Below, piece by piece: positions 24,991-38,200 of a stretch of DNA of 64,000 nt. The notes beneath the pieces are model-generated. The model was not told the DNA's origin and did no database searches. It saw only the letters and a list, made by a program, of their open reading frames with translations. The position numbers and the translations under genes were made by a program. The first letter of the stretch is position 1. Each line of letters opens with the position of its first letter. The DNA comes from Takakia lepidozioides (lineage: Eukaryota; Plantae; Bryophyta): positions 4,588,001 through 4,652,000 of the forward strand of contig CM060732.1 in NCBI GenBank assembly GCA_030704615.1. The letters are read 5' to 3'.

Positions 24991-27900
24991 AAATCACGTT
25001 GCAGCTCATCTTTCTTAATTGTGCTTGTCCGTGTCGGAATGGGGATGTCTGTATATGTGAGGGAGAGACACAGGTACAGAAGTAAGACTTTATTACTCCC
25101 ACAGAACGTGCAGGGATTTAGGCCTAGTTTTCTAGTGCAGGGCGGGAGAAAGAAATGATGGTCTGTCTCCAGTTCGACCTTTGGCTGAAGCTTGGCAAAG
25201 AAAGAGCAGGCCAGCCAGGAAGTGTAAGGTCAGCCCTCAAAATCAAATTTTCTGAGAATTATATGCTTGATGGATGGAGGCTGATCACTGGGTTAAAACC
25301 TTCTGACAGTTGCCTTGCAGACAGTAATCAGTTACCCATTTCAACAGTCAGCACATAGTGATACCACCACTCTCTTGGAGGACGAATTTGTCCAATCTTT
25401 GCTTACTAGAGGAACAAACCTAGAGTCATATTCACGACGCGGATATTAGAGTCATCCTAACGACACGGTTTTCATGACACTTTGCAAAAGAGTCATATGT
25501 GACCAAAAGAGTCATGAAACTTTGTCGCTAATGTGCATGAGCTCTAATCAGGTTCATGTTTTTTCAGGAAAAACGCTGGAGAGCAAGATGTAGAGGTCCT
25601 TTTCATCCCAGTGGAAGTCATTTCTTTATTTACTGAGGAAAAGCATCTGCTCTTTACAACATTGCCTTCATGGCCAATCTTGAACTTGTTGGCTCCTCTG
25701 CAGCCATATCTTTTTGTGCAGTGTCATTGTAGGTTCGGGCATCTCAGTACCAGTAAGGAGTTTATCTTTCACGGCAGCCAACCCAAGTGCTCAAGCCCCC
25801 TTCATGGCACCTTCCTTGAATGGTCTGGTGAGGAGAATTTCAAATACAGGTGTTGTGGCGTGTTTCCATCAAAATCTGGTGTGCCGTGAAACAAAGCATA
25901 GTGTTGGAGATGGCACTTGGTAAATGAAAGGGAGCGGAGAACACACAACAGGAGGATAAGGGCGAAGAAAACAACTGGTTCTGTGCAGCAAAGCAGGCTG
26001 CTGTCTGTGTGATGGTAGTACACGAGTGCCTCTCAGACTGGGGCCACAGCAGAACACCAAGGCTTTGTCCTCCTGTTGCACACTCTTGAGTCCATCCCTG
26101 GTTAGAGGCCTACGCAGTCTATTTGCATTCCAGATTATTCTTCAAATCTTTTGTTTGTATTTGCGCAGCCCAGCTCTTTAAGCCGAGCACAATGATTGTG
26201 GCCTGCATGTAGGGTTGCTCAGGGTGGTTTGACATGTGAGGCGGGCACCCATAATCTGAATTTGTGAATAAAGGGAGGGTCATTAATACACCTATATAAG
26301 TCACACAGAGATTTGACAAAATGTAACTAATGTGGCTATGGTATTTGATGCCATTGATTGATTGCTGCTAAACCCATTTGGTCTTTGTGGTTTTTTGTGC
26401 AACAAATCATGGGTATTTTTCTGAAAATCTGTTCCAGGAAGAAACATGGGTGTGACTCAGAATCCAATTCTCCCCAACATGCGCATGTGAAACCTGGATC
26501 TCAGGAGGCTTGATCATGGTCTTTGGTTGAACTTTTCCTGAAAATGAATTCAAACTTTGAGATTTGAAATTGGTGCAAAAAATAAGCTTGATTTAATGGT
26601 GGAGGCCATTTACAGGTCTGACAAAATTGGATGGAACTTCTGTGAAATGTTGTAAAAAAAATGATGATGCCTCCTTGAGGAAGTGTAAATTATGGTGTCT
26701 CTTCATCCCGAGGGACTACTTGCAACTATTGCCTTCACTTGGAAAGTGGACACCTTGATTCCTAGATCACCTAGGTTATGCATAGCAAGGCATCAACTCC
26801 TGACCACTCGGCTACCTACTCTAGTGCAACTCGTTGAATTTTGTATGTGAACTAAATATGCATTGCCTTTTATCCAAAGTTGATGTCAAAAAGAAAATTA
26901 GTAAGAATAGCATGACGAACTCCAAAATGTTCCCAATAGTGTTGCAAGTCTCAAAGATGCTATGGACCTATTGCGCTCAAGTCTTGCTAAGGCAAGATTC
27001 TTCTTCTGTTTCCATATAAGTTTTGGGGTATGTGGCATGCAGAGTAGTGTTTTGTGAGGAGAGTTGGATCAGCACCGGACGACTCTTGGCATTCTCAATT
27101 CATCACACGCCTTCAACACAATAGAACTCATATGTTCATGCCTTGAACATAGTACACATAAAACAAACATTCATACGATGGCCCAATAGTTAGAGCACAA
27201 GGTTGCTTTACAAACGGTTGAGAGTTCATAGATGTAGTGTAGCCAAATCTAATGTGTGTGCCCTTGCGTCTCTTGAGCGGTTTTGGATAGTCGGAGGATA
27301 TTGCAGACTGTTATTACATCTTCACTTCGGTGGCTCTGTGCACCTATATTCAAGCCGACAATAGCAACAGTGGTACCTGCAGAGAAAGCATATCAATTCG
27401 AGGAGGGTTAAAATCACGTACAACTTTGTCTGATTAGCACAAAGATGTGGCTGGGGATGATAGTAAAGTTTCACAAATGACTTACTTATGCCACCAACGA
27501 TAGCTGTTTCCCTGCACGATGTTGTCACATCTGGCAATTCACGATATTTTCGTTCTTGAACATAAAATTGGGTCTTCCCATCCTCTCTACTCCTTTCACC
27601 TTCCAAAAATGGCAGGAATGCAAGACCATGGAACAACAGCTGTCTCAATGTATACCCGTTTTTTTTCCCTTTCTTCTTCCTATGAAACAGATTGTATCCA
27701 CATAATGTTTGTGTGATTGAAAAGTTTGTCTTTGGACAGCTGTAGGATGCACTTCAACTGAGATTCCAAATGCTGCAAATGACAGAGTTCTCCCACCTCG
27801 TCTTTCAAACCATTTGATTACAATGTCACATTGTAATAGGGCCCAATCCCAAAGGGTGCAGTAGCCGCGAGACGAAGTGACTCTTAGTTACGCTGGCTCA

Positions 27901-28853
27901 GGCCGGAGTCTTCTCTCTCTGCCACATTGTGGTCCTCATCCGCCAACTTCAATGGTAAGTGATGTGCTACCTTGTTCTTGGTGTGACTCTGTGAGGGCTC
28001 GCTGGAACCAGTCATCATGTATACTTTGTTCTGTTTGCATACTTACAACATGTGCTGCGTGCCTGCTAGATCTTTACCATAGCAGTCACCCTCACACAGA
28101 TTGTCTTGCGAGTCACTCCTCCTGGTCTTGCCTTCATCCCTTGTGTTAATGCAGTTCATGCTTGCTGGTTCTCTCCTCAGTTCATTGGCTGCACCTTCAC
28201 TTGTTTGTAGCAGACACTGCCCATCTTCATCCATTGGAAAATGCAGTTCTTCCATATGATCAATCTGTTTGATGTTTGGCTTTTCTGTGTGTAGCTCACT
28301 CTTGTGATCATCAATCTGTCCAAAGAAGATAAGTTCTCTCTGCTTCTTTTCCTTGCCCTGCTTGGTACCCTTGCTTTGTCCTCCATTTACTGTACTTGCT
28401 CAGAGTGAAATGGTTCTTCTTTTGGTGGTTCCAAGCCTTCCTTTCCTCCTTCTCTGATCCTGTTAGTTTGATTCACTTGGCTCTGTGCAGCAGCTTCCTC
28501 GTTCATGTCATCTTCACCTGGTTTTTCTGCGCCTCGCTGTTGGTTGATCTCAACCACTTGTTCCAGCCATGTCCTCCTCAAGTTTAGCTCTCTTACATAC
28601 CCCTCTTGTACAACACTTCTGTTTGTTTGCACTTGATGTGTATGTGATTCACGACTCTTGACTGGGAAGTAGACTTTCCACAGGGCAGCACCCTTGACGT
28701 GAAGTCCCTTGACTGTTTTTCCCACGCTTTTGGCTAAGTTACCCTAAATGTGGCACTCACAGTCATTGCTATGCCTCTGTGTGTTCTCTCAACAGTGTCC
28801 ATGGCCCGAATGATATCTCTAAATTTTTCTTTTGCCCACCAAATTATCAGCAC

Positions 28854-29380
28854 TGTGATGCTACAAAATGCGTTAAGGGCGAGATGCTTCGTCCTCTGCA
28901 GAAACGCTTTCGGGGGATGTGGCTCGGCAAAGCAGCTTTACGACGAAGGGGGAATCAATCGCTGAGGAGCCGCCAACAGAAGTAGTGGATGCACGATAAA
29001 CACACAGGAACACACAGGAACACACAGGCACTGTCTCTCTGTCACATTCACCGCCGCATACCGAATGAACACACAGCTACTAGTGCACACCTCAGACTGA
29101 GGGTGGCATCCTGGTGTTCATTTCTTGTGTAGTCCTTTTAACATGATCCAAGTGTCTGACATGTCATCGCCATATGCTGCGGCGTTATTGGCTTAAGGCC
29201 AAGTCATCTAATCTACTCCGCCAAAGCTGATCAACGGCTATGATATTTAATGCAGAATTCTAACGGTATACAAACAATAAGTAAAGCAGGAGCTCTACAG
29301 CTCATATACGCGGAATGAGGAAGCTTCATAAGTTCATCTGTCAGGGAGAATTGGGAGCAGGAAGAGAACGGGCCATCACA
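28854..29380 (-). repeat. 3' LTR of the second Ty3/gypsy element (527 bp)
   Basis: Termini TGTGATG...CATCACA, with a purine-rich tract (GAAAGCCGGGGG) just upstream on the minus strand. Confidence 0.75.
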
Positions 29381-32300
29381 TATGTGGTGATGCTACCCCC
29401 GGCTTTCAAAATTCTGAACACCTATGAAGACAAGTAACTACTTCTGGTTTGCTAGTGAACTTCCAGATCCAGATTTGATCAATGGATACACCTTGGAAGC
29501 CACAGAAGTGGAAGTGATGTAGGAACTCTCAAATAGCACAACATAACAGAAAGCTTGAGCACATCAAGTCACCAGTAACTTGTAGTCTAAGTGTCATAGT
29601 GGGAGCTACAAGATGCCCCACCTCCAGGCCTGAATTGGGATGAAAAAACCTGTTGTGCAGGAAAAACCCCAATCCTCACAAACAGATGGCCAGTTCATAA
29701 ACAAGACAAGCTAAAACAAGCTAACCAAAGCAAGCTAATGCTAAGCTCTCTACCTATAAATCAAAACAGCAAACAAGCCAAATTGGAATGAAGCCACAGC
29801 TTGGACAACTGCAAAACAACTCCTAGATCACCGTCGAGCCTTCTTCTTGGGAGACATCTCCACTGTCCTTCCCTCCACATTCACACAAGTTAGATCAGGT
29901 TGTAATCTCGAATACAACAGGTCAGCAATTGGTACATCCTCTGGGATTTCCTTGACTGATGGATGCTGAGGCAACAGTCTAGCCATGTTCCCAACAGCCA
30001 TCTCATAAATCAGATAAGGCCCTTCTATGCGAGTCTTACCCTTGGACTCAATTGCACCATGCTGCACCTTAACACAGACTGTCTGACCAGCAACAAACGT
30101 GGAAGAATAAACTACTTGCCTACTATACTGCTTGGCTTGCGCCAGCTGAGCCTTGGAGATATTATACTTAGCCTCGTCTTTGATCCGAGAATGATGACCC
30201 AGCAGATCAATGACAAATTGCTCCCAATCTTCTGGTTCAGCAACTACCGGATTGAGAGGGGTATAGGGGAGACACAAGGGCGACCATAGAGAAGTTCAAA
30301 GGGAGTGCGGCAGGTACTGGCATGCACAGCAGTCCTACAAGCAAAAATGAGAGGGGGAAGAAGCACGTCCCATTCCTGGGTAAGACCTCCACACTTCTTC
30401 AGCATGAGACACATGGTTTGATTGAAGCGCTCCGTGAGTCCGTTGCATCGGGGGTGATAAGGTCGAGTGGTAGCTTGATGAATGCCCATGTTGCGACAAA
30501 TCATCAACATCAGAATATTACAGAATTCCAGAAATCAGTGAGGATTTCCAAAGGACATCCGTGCCTCAAAATGATGTCGTCAAAGAAAAACTGAGCCACA
30601 CCATCACTATCCTTAGACACCAGTGGCTGGGCCTCTACCCACTTAGTCAGATAATCCGTAGCTACAATTATGTAACTATGGCCCTTCGACGTGAGATTCA
30701 AGGGTCCTACGAGATCCATACCCACTAGCAAAGGCAAAGGTTACGGGAATGGATTGTAACTCTAGCACCACCGGAGCACGAGGAAGCTTGGCTTTGGCAT
30801 TGCAGCCCACACACAAGGAGATATACAAGGCAACATCCTTACGCATTCCATGTGAACTTCTCTCTAATCCTGGCAACAGTCTTCTTCACCCCAAAATGAC
30901 TAGCAAAAGTTGAGTCATGATACAATGCAAAGATTACAGGGAGAGAACTCTTCACTGGCACTTCCATAAGGCTGGGAGGTTCACCCTTGAACACTTTGTA
31001 CATGACTCCTTCCCTCACTACGTGCGAGTGGTGGTTGTAGAGAACCTGACGTCGAACAAGGTCACTTATTCCTGCCGCGTGACACCGTGTTGACACTTAT
31101 GGAGCAGTGCCTCATGCAAAAGATCCTCCATGTCTGCCATACATAGGCCATCGTCTTCGTGGGTTAGAACCAAGTAGCAAGGAGTGTCATGCATCTGGGC
31201 TCTCCATGCCTTTAAACCTTGAACCCTTACTAAAGGACAGCTTACTACAGAACAGACAGGGCTTATAAGTACTAGTGAGAGAGCATGATCAATCAAAGAA
31301 CATGGATCAGCATACAAGAGAGGTAGGAACCAGCCCAACTTCAGGTTAGAAGGCAACTTCCTGATCCCTCACAGGTCTGAATCCCTTGCCTGCAGTGCCA
31401 GTACCAATGGTAACCTCAAGTGCCATCCCTAAGAAGAAGATCCCAGCCAAGAACCTTATCTAAAGAGGGTGCCACAGTATAAGAAAACAAATCTGCAGCA
31501 AGACAAGGTGCAGCAACAGGAACATCATAAGAATCAGCAACTAAATCCTTTATTTTGTTGTAAGGAACAAACACATGTGGCTCTGTTCTTGTTAATGCAT
31601 CCGCATTTGTGTTCTCCTTCCCTTTCTTGTAGACAATCTTGAACTCAAAAGCCTGCAAAGTCAGAGCCCACCTAGCTTACCTGCCATGAAGCTCTCTAGG
31701 GGTAGTAAGTGCCTTCAAAGGCAAATGATCAGTTTCAATAATGAATGGGCAACCATGAAGATATTGTCTATAATGCTTAACCCCAAATAGAACAGCAAGT
31801 CCCTCTGTAATTGAATAGTTTCTCTCATGTTTATCTAAGCGAGATGCATATCCAATGACCTGCTCCTTACCCTTTTCACCTGGCAAAGAATAGCTGAAAT
31901 AGTAACATCACTTGCATCGGTCTGCAATACTAATGGGAGAGTGAAGTTTGGATAAACCATAACAGGAGCTGAAGTGAGTGCCACCTAGCCTTTGGAAGGC
32001 ATGGATCTGGGCCATCCCCCACGTGAACTTGACAGTCTTAGAAAGCAGTTTAGTCAAGGCATTAGCAATCCTGGCAAAGTCCCTGATAAATCTTCTATAG
32101 TAGGAGGCAAGGCCAAGGAATGACTTAACACACCGCTCGTCAACAGGAACTAGAAAATTCCAGACTGATTCAAGGTTAGAAGTGTCAGGTTTCAGACCTG
32201 CAGCAGTGAGCCTATGACCCAAGAATTTTAATTCTGCAAAGCAAAACTCACACTTCTTGGTCTTGACTTTGAGACCTACTACTCTCAGCCTGCAAAACAC

Positions 32301-35065
32301 CCTCTGCAGATCAGTTAGATGCTTTTCAAAAGATGCTAAATATATATTGATATCATCAATATATACCAGCACACATTCCCATCTCAGATTCCCTAGCACC
32401 ACGTCCATGAGCCGCTGAAAAGTAGTTGTGGCGTTGCACAAGCCAAACGACATAGCTTCATATTGGTACATGCCCATACGGCACACGAAGGCAGTCTTTT
32501 CCTTTGATCGCTCAGTCAAAGGCACTTGCCAAAACCCTGATGCAAGATCCAGCTTAGAGAATATCTTAGCCCCGTGAAGCATATCAAGGGTCTCATTAAT
32601 CCTGGGTAAGGGATACACATCATTTTTGGTAATCGCATTCAGTCTTCGAAAGTCAACACAGAACCTAGTGCTCCCTTCTTTCTTGCCAATCAGCACTATA
32701 GGGCTAGCCCATGGAGAAACAGAGGGTCTAATGACTCCGGCATCAAGCATCCTTTTGATTTCATCATGTATGATTGACCTTTCCTTGACACTCTCCCTGT
32801 ATGGGTACTATTTCACTAGCTTACCATCACTCTCAATGTCGTGTTCAATGAGAGTGGTCCTTCCAAGGTCAGTAGGACCCTTGCTGAAAACATCAGCATT
32901 TTATTCTAAGTAGATCTTTTAACTGGGTTAACTGGGCCTCTTCAAGGTCTCTCATCTTGACCATTTTCAGAATTTCTTGGACATGAGCTTCATCAAAAAT
33001 ATCAGGATGACAAGGCTGAGGTGGAGCAGAGTACCTTGAAAATGCAGTCAAGGACTCTACCTCATTGTTGACAAGACCCATTTCTTGTAGAGTAAAGCCT
33101 TCCTGAATTTCCATGATGTCATCAATGGGAATAGCAGAAATTCTGGCTAGCACCTGCCCGTTCCTTACAGTCACAGGCATCCTCTCAGGATTAGCAACAA
33201 GTAGCTTGACTTCACCCTTGAATCCTCTATCAATGACTATTGAAGCTATCATGCAATGTTTGTGCAAGACTAATCTTTGCCATCCCACAGTTTCAAGATA
33301 GTAGCCTTTGGGACACAAGAAATCCCTTCCTGTAGCAACCATCTTTTGACTCATGGGAGGAATGGTGAAGTCAGCACAAGCACGAATCAAGGTAGTGTTG
33401 TCACGCACAGGTACTGGATGGCATCCTTTTTGCCTAATGGCAGGGATGGTCCATTGCTGCAGAGTGTGTTTTGAAGCTTCCATTTGCATAAACTGTTGCC
33501 AATTAACCTCTTCACCACTATGCCTTCTGACCCCTTGAGCTATGGCCTTGAGTTGAGATACCTTGGCAGCATTGTAACCCCTACTAACCTGGACGGTAGT
33601 TAGAGGGACATCAACTTCCTGTCCATCTCCTTTCTTAAAGTGCATAGTGTTATCCCCTAGGTCTATGGTAGCAGCAGCTCCCTTCATCCAACCCAAAAGA
33701 AACTGATCTCCCATAGTTATAATGCAAGTGATGAGAACCTCCTTCCCATGAATGCCTACCAGGACCGACACAAGACCAACAGGCTCATAACTGGTTCCAT
33801 CAGCTATCATTACTTCCATGCCAGCAGCAGATCCCAGCTTTAGACCAAGCACACGAACAATCTCTAAGGGTATTGTAGAAACAGTGCACCCAGTGTTTAT
33901 GACACAAGGAAAATTAAGTTGACCAACATGACATTGAGTGAGCAAAGGGGAGATGGGATCTTGTAAGAGTTTCTTACTCAACTCGCAATGTAATGCTTTA
34001 AAGTTTTTGGAGAGCATTACTCTAGTCAACTGCCCCTTTCTTTCGGGAATTCTAAACCTCTGAGCAGATCAATCTCCCACACCCGACACCTTGGGAGATC
34101 TTACTCGTTTAAAGTTTGTTTTCCTTTTTGAATGCCTGGAGCATTGCAGAAAGGTCTGGCTGGAAAGGACAGAATCTGGTGGCATGGTTAGGATCCTTGC
34201 AAATATAACATGGCGCATGCTTACCTTGGTAGGAAGTTTCAGTCTGAGTTCTGCCACGGTTGTGAGCAGTCCCACTGGTAGGAACACTCGGGGTCTTGGG
34301 GGTCCATGTAGTTTCAGGCTTGAGGTTAGTCATCTTCTCATCCACCTCTATTTCTAGATCATCCAGACGCCTAGCCAATGTTTCATTGCACTCAGCCCTC
34401 GCAGCCAGCATTGGAGGTGGCACATAAGCCTTGGGACTCCTTAGTTTCTCTCCCTCTTTGTCTCCTGCAGTTGGGACAACAAATTTGACTTCCCTCCTAG
34501 GGACTTTGACACTAGCCAGCTCTTTCATCTTAATCTCAACCTCCTTGACCATCTAGTCATTGTTGTCAAACTCTTCTCGCTGCGCCCAAGTCTGGACAGA
34601 AGCGGGAAGACCTTGCCAAAAGAACATCTTGACCATCCTAGCTCTCTCCTCAAGGTTCCTGAAATTCTCGGTAGCCCCTACTTTGATGTCAAGATAGTAC
34701 TGCCACAGAGGTTCACCTTCATTGTACTTACGGTTATAAATTTTAGCAAACACTTCCAGTGGTAGTTCATCAGGTTTGAATAATTTGTTAGCATCTTCTT
34801 GACCTGATCCCAAGAGGGTCTCTTTTCTTCAACAAGATCAGCATTCAACAGAAGTCGGGCCTGGCCTTTCATTGCTAGTTTGAAGGCATGTATCTTGAAG
34901 TCCTCTGGCACTCCATTGAGCAAAGCAGTACTCTCAAACAATTTCATAGTCTTCTCCCATTTTGTACTCCAGGTAGGACTGAGCCTGAACCTTGGGTGTT
35001 GATGCCCGAGGTTGAGATACAATGACCACAACAGGTTTCAAGGCAGCTTCTCTTACCTCCAAAGC
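28854..35065 (-). mobile_element. Degenerate Ty3/gypsy element with a dUTPase-like domain; 5' end truncated
   Basis: gag with CYICKDPNHATRFC, protease VINTGC, dUTPase-like segment at about 33140-33400, RT SPWASP..YIDD, RNase H VIGYASR..TDHLPL, integrase HHCC, GMDLVGP and NGLTERFN. Confidence 0.9.
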
Positions 35066-35180
35066 GGGGGCTGCTATTTCATGAGCGGCATGAGCATGAG
35101 CGGAAAAAAAAAAAGCATGAGCGGGCCGAATTGTGTCCACGGAAATAGGGTTAGGAGGCACGGAAATAGGGTCATGTGGA
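35066..35180 (+). repeat. Left terminal inverted repeat with CATGAGC subrepeats
   Basis: Inverted match to 46165-46295; interrupts the gypsy gag. Confidence 0.75.
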
Positions 35181-35275
35181 CTCGTCATAGCAATGAAATG
35201 CAACATTTTATTGCAAATTTGGTGGCAAGCCACGTCTATACAAGTGTGTCCTAACTGTCATAGCAAGAATGGGAA

Positions 35276-38200
35276 CTACTCTCCTACACCTTCCGAGGAA
35301 CTTGGCCCTCCTTCTTCCTCATCCCCCTCATCCCCCCCATCCTCCGAGCTCTGTGATGCATCAGTTGCAGTATGCCTCTCAAAAATGCCGTCCTCTCCTT
35401 GGGGGACTGTCCACCTCACCTCCTGGGAATCTTCTGCCTCTTCTCCCCCACTTTCCTCAGCAGAATCCAACACAAATCTACAAGCCCGACGGGCTCTAAT
35501 AGCTGCTGCCTCCTCCCTCATCTTTATTTTCTTGAGGCTTGCCTCGTCTAAAATCTGCTGTACACGACTAGGTTCGGAACACCTCCTAATGGACACCGAA
35601 GCAAGCCGGGCAACATAAGTAGGAAGGATGTAGTCCCTTTCTGGACTAGGCATGAAATCCCCTCTGGCAAAAAAATGCACGTTCCTCCTGCCCATGAACT
35701 CCGGTGTAGACGTCCCTCCTGCCGTACTTGGCATCCTACAGTAAGAACAAATCCATTTCAAGAATGTCAATACCAGCAGAAGCAGAAAGGGTTTTCAATG
35801 AAATAAGAGAGCGAAGGGAGGTGCCTCACGAAATCTGGAGGCAACTTACAATGCGACCACTCACTCGTACACCGGGGGCTCCTCGGCCTCGATCCCAACT
35901 TGTTCCTCCCCCTGCTCCTTCTCGGATTTTTCCTCATCCTCCGAGGATGCCTCTTCCTCTTTTGGCAGACGTCAGCCGCTGCAAGTTCCGAGTTGTGGAG
36001 GGCAGTATCTGGCTCGAAGGCGAATACATGCCTATCGGACAACGTCCCTGCCCACATTGAAGCACCTGAGGAACAAAGCGGGCGGTTAATAGCTTGCGAC
36101 ATGCAATTGCAATCGGGCCAGGGGACAAACTGAGCACGTGAAGGCTTACCCGTGCCGCATGTGAGGTCCAGAATTCGCCCTTGGACATCCGAGCACGTCT
36201 CCATGAGGGTTTGGATGAAAGCAGGGCTCCGGGTCCGGCTGTATCGCCACGGTTTGCCTGTCTTTGTGTCCTTCGGCATACTGGAGTGGGGCACATAGTT
36301 GTAGAGGACATCGTAGGTAACAGGGTCCACAGCGGCATCAACAAGACGACCGTCGTTGCGGAATTGGAACGTAGACTCTCTCTTCACAAAGCAATATGCC
36401 TCAAACACCAATGTCTGCACATCCAACAAAATAGGGATCAACTCCGGGATCTTGTTTAGATACACCACAATATGAGGTGAATGCAATAGATTGATAACTT
36501 ACACTTTGGCCCTCTGTTCGCAACCCCTATGTATTGATGCAGAACCATTTTCTGAGGAGGACCGGGGTGACACTTTTCGGTGTCCACCTTGCCACCGCAT
36601 TCTCTGTGGTCTTCCCTCTTGTGGCAAGGACAATCACACATCCACCGTCATCCAGAAGCATCCCCGCCAGCCCAAACCCGGCTTTCCAGTAGTCCTCAGT
36701 AAACCTGTTCCAGGTGGGCACACCATCCAGGCCCTCCAGCAGCTCCCCATCTGGAATGTCGAGGAGAATCATGTCGCAAGCTCTCTCCACCTCAACCCCC
36801 CCCCCCCCGAGTGCTCTTGCGATCCGTGCTCACAGCCATGAAGAATTCCATCATGGCTTCAAAACCAGGGGTGTCTTTAGGCTCTGTACCGGCAGCCCTC
36901 TTCTTGGCTTTCCCCTTCTGCTCCGCCAGAGACTTGTTGTGTGCCACCTTCTTCGCCCTGGCAGCGAGAGCGTCAAGGAAGCTCTCATTGACGCATTGGA
37001 TGATGGTTGGAGGTTCTAGCTTTGGCCTGTGCGTAAATGTCACTGCCGAATACCGCCGTGTAGACTCGCCCTCAAATGCCAACTTCTTGGCAGAGCCAGT
37101 CCCACTCCGAACTGACTTGGGAACCCGGACGACTGGTGACTGGGTAGCAGCAACAGCAGTCGCAGGACCTTGAACAAAGTCGTCGTCCGAGTCACTCTCT
37201 TGGGTCCCCTCCTGCGCCTGCTCCGATGCCCCGATGGTTTTCTGTTTTTTGGGTGTTACTGCACTCACCTGTTTCCTTGTCCTTTTTTTTTTGGCCTTTA
37301 CTCTTCTCATTCAATTTCTCCTGAATTCCTGCCTGAGCAAGCTCTGCCGCTTTCCTGGAGTTCGCAAGTGCTTTTGCCTCTTTTGCACCCAGCGGAGCCC
37401 GGTTTCGTCGGGCCTCAGCATCCAGCTTCAATTGAAACTCGGATGGGTCGAGCATGCCGGGCGGAAGGTCCACATACCAAGGGCAATCACGCAAATGTTC
37501 CAGATGCCACTCCTTCACAATATCGTCAGTGTACATGGAGTCAGCCCCAGGGTTCCTCCATGCCAGGAAGAATGGTGGCTCGAAAGACAGATGACTTCTC
37601 CAAAAGGGAGAACTTGCAGTACCTACATTCATGAAAAACACAATGAGGTCCCTGAACTGCAAATTTGGCACCATTTTCCCAGGTTGGGGCGGATTTGAGT
37701 GGGCCTAGAAATGGAAAAATGGCGCCGAATTTCGGTTTTCGGTGAATGCCACCCTAGGGACTTAGCCATCTTGGGAGCCCTGAACTGGAAATTCGGCGCC
37801 ATTTTTCCCGGTTTGGCCTGAAGTTGGCTAAGTCCCAGAACGGCAATAGGGCCTAGAAATGGAAAAATGGCGCTGAATTTCCAGTTCATGGCCAACCACC
37901 CTACGGACTTTGCCATTTTCGGAGCCCTGACTGGAAATTCGGCACCATTTTCCCAGGTCTGGCCCGAAAATGGCTATGTCCCAGAACGGCAGTAGGGCCC
38001 AGAACTAGAAAAATGGTGCCGAATTTCCAGTTCAGGGCCAGCCACCCTAGGGACTTAGCCATTTTCGGAGCCCTGACTGGAAATTCGGCGCCATTTTCCC
38101 AGGTCCGGCCCGAATATGGCTAAGTCCCACAAAGGCAATAGGGCCCAGAACTGGAAAAATGGCGCCGAATTTCCAGTTCAGGGCCAGCCACCCTAGGGAC

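Noticed and set aside
26725-26825. tRNA or SINE head on the minus strand (TAGCCGAGTGG)
   Set aside because: Only an A-box-like match; no clear B-box, tail or target-site duplication.
27000-28750. Coding-like minus-strand fragments
   Set aside because: Short, stop-riddled and without a recognisable domain; probably old retroelement debris.
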